39,277 nt of DNA from Flammeovirgaceae bacterium (lineage in GTDB: Bacteria; Bacteroidota; Bacteroidia; Cytophagales; Cyclobacteriaceae). Location: positions 1 through 39,277 of the forward strand of contig QIEB01000489.1 of the NCBI GenBank assembly GCA_003229495.1, read 5' to 3'. A program made the translations under genes and the position numbers. How positions within the stretch are numbered: position 1 is the stretch's first letter; each line of letters opens with the position of its first letter. The notes beneath the pieces are model-generated. The model saw only the letters and a list, made by a program, of their open reading frames with translations, was not told the origin of the DNA and did not search any database. Positions 25,551 to 32,364 of the stretch are shown here, in pieces.

Positions 25551-27767
25551 CTAGAAAATAAAGGTATGTATATACTTCACCAACAGAGACTGTGTATCCA
25601 CTGTTGGTAATTCCGGATTGTTGTCCAATCTGTTAGTATTCAGCCCACTATTTAGTACCACCCATAGATCCTGGCCTTCTCTAAAGTTGTATCGAAACCG
25701 GATGTTGGCGGAAAAAAGATCAGCAGTGCTGTTGTATTGAACCAGAGCATTGGTAGAAAGCTTGCGATTCAAAGCGGTTCCGATGCGTAACCGGGTAATG
25801 TGAAATTCAAATAATTCATCCCTATCTGCAAAATCAGCATTATTGTAGACGTACTCCAGGTTGAATTGAAAGTGTTTTGATAGATACCAGGAAGGCGTAA
25901 TGGTAATACTATTCAGCCATCCATCGTAAAATGGACCAGTTTCAAGTTGAACACCTGCGCTTAAGGTATTATCACCTGCAATTCTGTATGATCCGATAAT
26001 TCGGTAAAAATCATAGCTGCCGATAGGAATGGAAACATCATCTGAAAGCCTGAATTCTTCCAATAGGTTTTCATAAACCCACTTTACCGCTAGTCCGCCA
26101 CTGTCAAGGTTTTTTCTGGAAAATGTCCACTCCGGGCCGGCTTCAGCAGAAAGAACCTCATGATCCTGATTGTTGACATAGGTATTCCCCGCAACTTCCA
26201 GTTTATGCCAAATAAAGGCCCCTCCTGGCTTTAACCAAGTGTTTGAAAGCGCCGCTGTCCCAAATTTAAAATCGTTGCGGTCAACAAATCCAACACCGGG
26301 ATTATAATTGGGCCCGGATAAAATTGTACCGATGTTGTATCCAAAACCTCTGCGCCTTCTGCGATTCACATCAACTGCCAGACGTCCGCTTTTGAAATTT
26401 TGAGCGCCTCCGTCTTCGGTCAGGCTGTCAAAAGTCTGGGCCCATTGAACAGTTAGATAATCATCTCCAAAAAGTCGAATCAGACCATCAATTCCATAGG
26501 CCAGGTTCTTGTTTCCTTCTGTATCGATACGGCTGGTGAACATGCCTCCTACAAAGCTATTTTGATTGAATACCCTTTTTCTTACCCTAAGTACCCCAAA
26601 GTTCTCTGACGGTATGGAATCAAGCCTTTGTGTTTGCATGTTCATAAACCCTAGATCCCAGGTTTTCATTCTTCCAATCATCCGGGCCCCACCGTATATA
26701 GGAACCTGTCGGCCATCATCTGTCAACCCAATCCTACGGCTAAAAAACAGTCGGCTTAAGCCCCCGGTCTTAAAGTTGAAAATAGAAGCTCGTTCCTGAA
26801 AGAATTGCCTTTTTTCAGGAAAAAACAAAGAAAAACGGGTAAGATTCACCAGCTGGTCATCAGCCTCTGCCTGGGCAAAATCAGTATTTATGGTGAAATC
26901 CGCGGTAAGATTGTTAGTAATAGAAAACTTTATGTCTCCTCCAATTTCTCTTTGAAATTCAGTTTGACTGGTATAACCGGTTTCAGTTTGATTTAATTCG
27001 TTCGATTCCCCGATACCCACTAGAACATATGGGGTCACATAAAGTTTTTTAATGGGTTTAATGTCGCTGAACTGTATTTTTTGGGCCAAAGAAGGTCTTA
27101 AAAATGCCCAATTAGTCTTTGGAGGTATCGCAGGATAGACCAATCTTTCCAATTTTCTGGCCACCTTTCGCTGCACTGTTAAACCCATAATCACCTTACC
27201 ATCGAACTCCTGAAAACGCAGGCTACTGAAAGGTATCCTTATTTCAGTGAACCATCCCTCTTCGGTTATGGTACTCTCGGCGTCCCAAAAGGTATTGAAA
27301 TCTCTGTTCAGCCAGGATCCAGAGGAAATGGTCCCTCCGGTGGCATCGTTGGATATTGCGGCATCATGTCTAAGTCCGGTTGGAGTGGTGGTAAAGATAT
27401 AGGCATTTTCATTGTCGTTGTAGGTATCCAGCACAATTTCAAAATGATCAGATCCCCTTATCCGATCCCTGTACAGTGAAGTTGCTCTAACTCCATTGGG
27501 ATCACGGTCATAGGCTCTCATGGATCCATAAAAATACTGATCATCGTAGGCGAACCTTATTTCAGTATCTTCAGTCGGGGGAGCTCCGGCATTGGGCTCA
27601 TACTGAACCATTGGGACAGGAGTAATAGATTCCCAAGCAGGCTCATCCACCCGGCCATCAAAGATAATCCCATCAATCCTTGGTATCACAAACACACTGT
27701 CGGACTGAGCATAGGTTTCCAGTACACCGATTGATAAGAGCCAAAACAATAAGTTCTTCAATGACAT
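25551..27767 (-). CDS. DUF5916 / CBM9-like domain outer-membrane protein
   Basis: 738 aa. Signal peptide. N-terminal IDGIIFDGRVDEPAWE (CBM9-like). The long C-terminal region has alternating beta-strand character and ends in an aromatic residue (TFIF). Confidence 0.6.
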   Translation of the reverse strand: MSLKNLLFWLLSIGVLETYAQSDSVFVIPRIDGIIFDGRVDEPAWESITPVPMVQYEPNAGAPPTEDTEIRFAYDDQYFYGSMRAYDRDPNGVRATSLYRDRIRGSDHFEIVLDTYNDNENAYIFTTTPTGLRHDAAISNDATGGTISSGSWLNRDFNTFWDAESTITEEGWFTEIRIPFSSLRFQEFDGKVIMGLTVQRKVARKLERLVYPAIPPKTNWAFLRPSLAQKIQFSDIKPIKKLYVTPYVLVGIGESNELNQTETGYTSQTEFQREIGGDIKFSITNNLTADFTINTDFAQAEADDQLVNLTRFSLFFPEKRQFFQERASIFNFKTGGLSRLFFSRRIGLTDDGRQVPIYGGARMIGRMKTWDLGFMNMQTQRLDSIPSENFGVLRVRKRVFNQNSFVGGMFTSRIDTEGNKNLAYGIDGLIRLFGDDYLTVQWAQTFDSLTEDGGAQNFKSGRLAVDVNRRRRRGFGYNIGTILSGPNYNPGVGFVDRNDFKFGTAALSNTWLKPGGAFIWHKLEVAGNTYVNNQDHEVLSAEAGPEWTFSRKNLDSGGLAVKWVYENLLEEFRLSDDVSIPIGSYDFYRIIGSYRIAGDNTLSAGVQLETGPFYDGWLNSITITPSWYLSKHFQFNLEYVYNNADFADRDELFEFHITRLRIGTALNRKLSTNALVQYNSTADLFSANIRFRYNFREGQDLWVVLNSGLNTNRLDNNPELPTVDTQSLLVKYIHTFIF

Positions 27768-27823
27768 GGACCTGCAAGGTCGTCAAAATACTGGATATAG
27801 GGGTATCATGCTACTTGCTATTG

Positions 27824-27850
27824 CTATCCGTAGCTTGAAGCTACGGATAG
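27824..27850 (-). terminator. perfect 11-bp hairpin between the ABC gene and the DUF5916 gene (terminator or processing site; no U-tract)
   Basis: ctatccgtagc-ttgaa-gctacggatag, 31 nt downstream of the ABC stop codon. Confidence 0.3.
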
Positions 27851-27880
27851 CTGCACAGGCAGTTAATCGTCAATTGATTA

Positions 27881-30800
27881 TTATCTCAGTGCCAATCGAC
27901 CCAGGACATCAAAATATAGTAACACGAACAGCAGAAAACTCATGGTCCATATTATCAGTACATTAAAAATAAAGGTATCTATATAACCCCCAAACAGTGG
28001 TTTATTAGCTACCAGGAATTGTGTTCTGAAATCCAAAAAATGGTCGCTATCAGGCCATATATATATAGGATAGATCTTTTGAACCAGCTGGTCATCTTCC
28101 TCCACTATGCGATCGACGCTTTTAACATTGGTAACCATGTCGCTTACGGTCTCGTTTTGATATCGATTTCGGACCATATTGAGATCTAATGGTCCCTTTA
28201 GGTTATTTTTAAGACGCTCAGTATCCGCGACCCTTTGTTTTTCTGCATCACTGGATTTTTTGTGGTAATATTGTTTTAAACCTGACAGAAATGTTTCCGC
28301 CTGTTCCAGCACTTGATTGTCTATCTCCTCAACAGTTAATTTTTCATATTCCGGGAATTGTCTTGCACCAACAACCGCCAGCTCTTTCCCCAACTCATTT
28401 CTCAGTAATCTCAAATTAGACTCCAGTTGTTCTACCCGATCAGTCCCCATCAGATTACGACATGTCAATAATTTTGACTCCAATGTGGGAATGAAATACA
28501 CGGTTTTATAATCAGAGTTGCGCATTATCTGCTCGTTGTCAAAGAATTGTTTTTGATATGCATTAGCCTTAAACTGATGAACCACCAAAGCTTCGTAAGA
28601 CCAGCGGCTGACCATTATCTCGCCCACAAATGGTACTTTATCATGCGATCTCAGCTTCGGATGCAGGTCATCAAATTTTACTACAACGCCTCCCAATATC
28701 AGTTGTGGTATTAATAAAATTGGAATCAGAATATAAACTGTTACTGCATTCTTAAATGCCGAGCTAACGTTCAAGCCCAGTACATTAGCAAATGAAGAGG
28801 TACTGAACAGCACCAACCAATAGGCCAGAAACATCCCCCTGATTTCTAAAATCAAACATGCAATTAGTGCAAAAGTGAAAGTTTGTATGGCCGAAATGGC
28901 AAACAGGATGAAAATTTTTGAAGACAGATAACTTCCCCTGCTTAAATGCAGGAACGATTCTCTTTTGAGAATTTTACGGTCTTTAATTAACTCCTCGGCA
29001 CTTACAGTAAGCCCCATGAACAAGGCAACAATCACACTAATAAAGAAAAATGCCGGGATATTGACATTCTTGCCAAACGAATAGGCCGCTCCCTCAGCGG
29101 TGGGAAATTCTTTTACCAGAAACGCCAGAATTACCGCCAGCAGTGGTGCTTCCAATGAATTAATAAGGATGTACTGCAGATCGCTAAGTTTCGAGCGTAT
29201 GTCTCTGGCTGTAAATATTAAAAACTGCATCAATCTTGATGGGATTTGCAGCCTGCCTTCTGGTTTGTCAATCACCTTGGGAATCACAGGTAGTATTGAC
29301 CGGAACTTGAAGTGCTCTTCCCATAACTGCGGGCTTACTTTCCTCTTGTCCGTCAAACGTCCATACTCATTAACCACTTTGGTTTCAATGATGTTAAAGA
29401 TCTCTTCGGGTCGAATATTCCCACAGACTGGGCAAGTCCCCAAATCCTTGTCTATCAGATTCGATATATCCTTAAAGTATGACTCCGCCTCTACAGGGTT
29501 GCCATAGTATATTTGGTATCCACCAACATCAAGAATTGCCAAACGGTCGAACATTTTGAAAATATCCGAAGAAGGTTGATGGATTACCACGAAGATCAAC
29601 TTCCCTTTCAGCGACAACTCCTTTAACAAGTCCATGATATTTTCAGAATCCCTGGAACTCAACCCGGAAGTAGGCTCATCCACAAAAAGCACCTGTGGTT
29701 CTCTAAGTAACTCAAGACCAACATTTACCCGTTTTCTCTGGCCACCACTAATGATCTTTTCCAGCGGAGTCCCAACCTTCAAATCCCTGATCTCCGCCAG
29801 TCCCAAACTATTCAATGTCTTGATTACCAGCTTTTCAATTTCCTCTGGAGGGGTTTTGCCGAAACATAACCTGGCCGCGTAGAACAGATTCTCATAAACA
29901 GTAAGTTCTTCTATCAGAAAGTCGTCCTGCGGTATATACCCGATTACACCCTCAATTTCTGATGTCTGCAGATGGATATTGACATTATTAATGGTTATCG
30001 ATCCTTCGCTGGGACTCAAATTGCCATTCAGTACATTCATCAAAGTGGATTTTCCGGAACCACTGCTCCCCATGATCCCTACCAATTTGCCTGATTCCTC
30101 AAATATGGAGATGTCTCTAAGACCCAATGCTCCATCTGGAAATTTGTAATAAACAGCCTCGGCTTTGAATACGATTTTTTGTTGTGACTTGGTAATTAGA
30201 AACTTACTTACAACATCTGAATAGTAGATGGGTTCAGTTCGATAGGCCCTAATAGTACTCCCAGTAGAAAATACCACACCTTTGTTGTTCTTTAGGGGTA
30301 TACCATTAAGATATATGGTGGTTTTACCCAGATACTTAATAAAATAGCTCTCAACTGTTGGCATGTACAATACCACCAATTGACCTTGCAACCCACTGGC
30401 CACCATCCTGCTTATTTTGTTGGGGAGTTCGGCATTGCCGTCATCTATCACCAACAAGTTAGGTGAAACAACCGGCTTGTCTTGGTTGTAGTCTACAAAA
30501 CCAGTAATGTTCTTAACTGTCTTTCGTTTGAGCTTTAGTGCTTCACTGATGTAGTAGAGTAAATTGGATTCCCTTTCGGATACCAGCTTATCAGCGGTTA
30601 TCAGTTCAACCATTTTCAGCACCAGAACCACCTTTTGTTGCTCGGTAATCTCCTGATTTAGCTGTCTGGTTATTTGAATTATTTTGGACCAATCCTCTAC
30701 AAAATCTACGGTTTCATCATCGGTATTTTCTATTTGAACCCGTTCCGATTCTCTTTCCAATACCAGTTCGTCAAAGAGCTCCATGAACTTGTTGACTCCA

Positions 30801-30922
30801 CTTCTGTTTAGCTGACGCTCCAGAAATTCTTTTATGGTAAGGCGCTCCTTATAGGTAACACTTCCCTCTTTTGCAATTATTGCAAATAATTGGATGATCG
30901 CCTTTAATAGCTGCTCACTCAT
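27881..30922 (-). CDS. multidomain ABC transporter: TerB-like N-domain, FHA-like domain, ABCG-type NBD and ABC-2-type TMD with a large insert before the last TM
   Basis: Walker A GSSGSGKST (aa 284-292), signature SGGQRKR (392-398), Walker B LFVDEPTSG (412-420), VIHQPS (446-451). TM region about aa 585-780. Hydrophilic coiled-coil-like segment about aa 785-975. Final TM about aa 981-1004. The N-terminus carries two TerB-like half-motifs (AIIAKEGSVTYKERLTIKEFL and ELITADKLVSERESNLLYYISEAL). Confidence 0.85.
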   Translation of the reverse strand: MSEQLLKAIIQLFAIIAKEGSVTYKERLTIKEFLERQLNRSGVNKFMELFDELVLERESERVQIENTDDETVDFVEDWSKIIQITRQLNQEITEQQKVVLVLKMVELITADKLVSERESNLLYYISEALKLKRKTVKNITGFVDYNQDKPVVSPNLLVIDDGNAELPNKISRMVASGLQGQLVVLYMPTVESYFIKYLGKTTIYLNGIPLKNNKGVVFSTGSTIRAYRTEPIYYSDVVSKFLITKSQQKIVFKAEAVYYKFPDGALGLRDISIFEESGKLVGIMGSSGSGKSTLMNVLNGNLSPSEGSITINNVNIHLQTSEIEGVIGYIPQDDFLIEELTVYENLFYAARLCFGKTPPEEIEKLVIKTLNSLGLAEIRDLKVGTPLEKIISGGQRKRVNVGLELLREPQVLFVDEPTSGLSSRDSENIMDLLKELSLKGKLIFVVIHQPSSDIFKMFDRLAILDVGGYQIYYGNPVEAESYFKDISNLIDKDLGTCPVCGNIRPEEIFNIIETKVVNEYGRLTDKRKVSPQLWEEHFKFRSILPVIPKVIDKPEGRLQIPSRLMQFLIFTARDIRSKLSDLQYILINSLEAPLLAVILAFLVKEFPTAEGAAYSFGKNVNIPAFFFISVIVALFMGLTVSAEELIKDRKILKRESFLHLSRGSYLSSKIFILFAISAIQTFTFALIACLILEIRGMFLAYWLVLFSTSSFANVLGLNVSSAFKNAVTVYILIPILLIPQLILGGVVVKFDDLHPKLRSHDKVPFVGEIMVSRWSYEALVVHQFKANAYQKQFFDNEQIMRNSDYKTVYFIPTLESKLLTCRNLMGTDRVEQLESNLRLLRNELGKELAVVGARQFPEYEKLTVEEIDNQVLEQAETFLSGLKQYYHKKSSDAEKQRVADTERLKNNLKGPLDLNMVRNRYQNETVSDMVTNVKSVDRIVEEDDQLVQKIYPIYIWPDSDHFLDFRTQFLVANKPLFGGYIDTFIFNVLIIWTMSFLLFVLLYFDVLGRLALR

Positions 30923-30967
30923 ATGAGATTAACGATGTGGTGTAGAACGGCTAATTTTCTTTCCCCG

Positions 30968-31000
30968 AAAAAAAAGCATTGAATGAACTCCAATGCTTTG
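30968..31000 (-). terminator. rho-independent terminator after the lipoprotein gene
   Basis: On the minus strand: aaagcattg-gagttcatt-caatgcttt followed by about 6-7 T (tttttt, then cgggg). It lies 21 nt after the stop at 31021. Confidence 0.75.
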
Positions 31001-31020
31001 TTCGAATTATTGACTTCAAA

Positions 31021-31935
31021 TTACCCAGTGATATACTCCCTCAGGGCACTAATCTTGCCGATCAAACCAGTCAGACTTCCTTCCTCCAGGTAAGTCATTC
31101 CCTGATTGTTCTTCATAGTCTCCTCAATATTAAGGCTGGCATATTCCTCTACAAGATCCGAAGTCATTGCAGCCAATTTGTCGGTAGTCGCATCACTGTC
31201 CAATGACTTTAAAAGGGCATTAAGTTCTCCCATTGGTTTTTCCTGGTCAAGCATAAGATTTACTAATGGAATTGCAAAAGCACCAATGCTGGAGCTGGGA
31301 TCATTTGCTGAAAGCCCTTCACCTTTTGCTGTTTTGGGAAATTTTTCAATTAAGGAACTGACAATATATAGTCCCTCCGCGAATGTACCGGTTACCACCA
31401 GGGCAGCGGTGCGGTCGCGGTCGCTGTTTTCCAGATGGAGCCTGGTATCGGCAATTGCATCATCGAGGATATCTCCAAGAGCTTCCCGTGAACCCAGGCT
31501 ACTCTCAAACTCCTGTACCATCTCGGAATCAATAGAAGAAGTAACTCCGATTTGATCTGCCAATCCCTTCATCTCATTGAAGTAGGTTAGTGCATCCTGC
31601 GATTTGTCATAAGAACTCAGGTATCCAATATCTGTGGAATAAACTCCCAGATTCAATGCTGATTTGTCATCTTCACTTTTATACTGATCCACATTGCTGA
31701 TATCATTTACCAAGCTTTCCTCAAATCCAGCACCAGTGGATTGAATGATAAATGGGATTTCGGATGGTGGTGGTACTTTAACTACTATTCTCTCAATCTG
31801 TTTTTGTATTTGTTCAACTGCCTGGTCAAATTCTTCCCCCTCATCCGTTTCCTGTTTTGGTGATGAACAAGCGCTGATCCATATTATACAAACACTGCAC
31901 ATAATAGCAGCTATCATTCTGGAGTTAATTTTCAT
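31021..31935 (-). CDS. hypothetical acidic lipoprotein (no family recognised)
   Basis: 304 aa. Signal plus lipobox (AAIMCSVCIIWISAC). The composition looks largely alpha-helical. The ORF is long and clean with no competing frame. Confidence 0.7.
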   Translation of the reverse strand: MKINSRMIAAIMCSVCIIWISACSSPKQETDEGEEFDQAVEQIQKQIERIVVKVPPPSEIPFIIQSTGAGFEESLVNDISNVDQYKSEDDKSALNLGVYSTDIGYLSSYDKSQDALTYFNEMKGLADQIGVTSSIDSEMVQEFESSLGSREALGDILDDAIADTRLHLENSDRDRTAALVVTGTFAEGLYIVSSLIEKFPKTAKGEGLSANDPSSSIGAFAIPLVNLMLDQEKPMGELNALLKSLDSDATTDKLAAMTSDLVEEYASLNIEETMKNNQGMTYLEEGSLTGLIGKISALREYITG

Positions 31936-32045
31936 GATCTATTTTATGGTTGATCGGTATAAATTTAAAGAATTGGATAAGTTATAACAATAAAAATTAT
32001 TACGCAAGTGAAAGAAATCGATGGTATCTGAATCAGGTTGTTCAA

Positions 32046-32081
32046 CTCAGTTTAATCGATTTCCTCAGTTTAATCGATTTC
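32046..32081. repeat. 2 x 18-bp perfect tandem repeat, each copy carrying the palindrome AATCGATT
   Basis: ctcagtttaatcgatttc at 32046-32063 and 32064-32081. The pair is bracketed by the inverted repeat ggttgttc (32036-32043) / gaacaacc (32088-32095). A third aaatcgat lies at 32015-32022. Confidence 0.85.
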
Positions 32082-32220
32082 ATACTCGAACAACCATTTC
32101 AGCTATTGTGCTGAATTGTGATCAATTTTTTTTATATTGTACATACGACCAAGAAACTAAAACCAATGAATTGTCATTTGCGGGTCTTGCAAATGATTAA
32201 AAATAAAGAATGCTCAGCTA

Positions 32221-32252
32221 AAAACCCTGATGGTCATCGTCAGGGTTTTTTT
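32221..32252 (+). terminator. strong intrinsic terminator with no annotated upstream gene
   Basis: aaaa-accctgatg-gtcat-cgtcagggt-ttttttt: a 9-bp stem with one G-U pair, a 5-nt loop and seven T. Confidence 0.75.
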
Positions 32253-32311
32253 GTGTTCTGAAGAATAATATCAAATTATTCCCGGATCTTTTATTTGCAA
32301 CTTAATTAGTC

Positions 32312-32319
32312 TAAATTTG
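32312..32319 (+). promoter_or_regulatory. candidate -7 box (TAAATTTG) for carB
   Basis: Exact TAnnTTTG match 45 nt upstream of the carB ATG. A TTTG at 32294-32297 is closer than the usual -33 spacing. Confidence 0.4.
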
Positions 32320-32364
32320 TCCAATTTTTATACTCCGTCAACTCAGTAATCTTTAAAAAGATAG

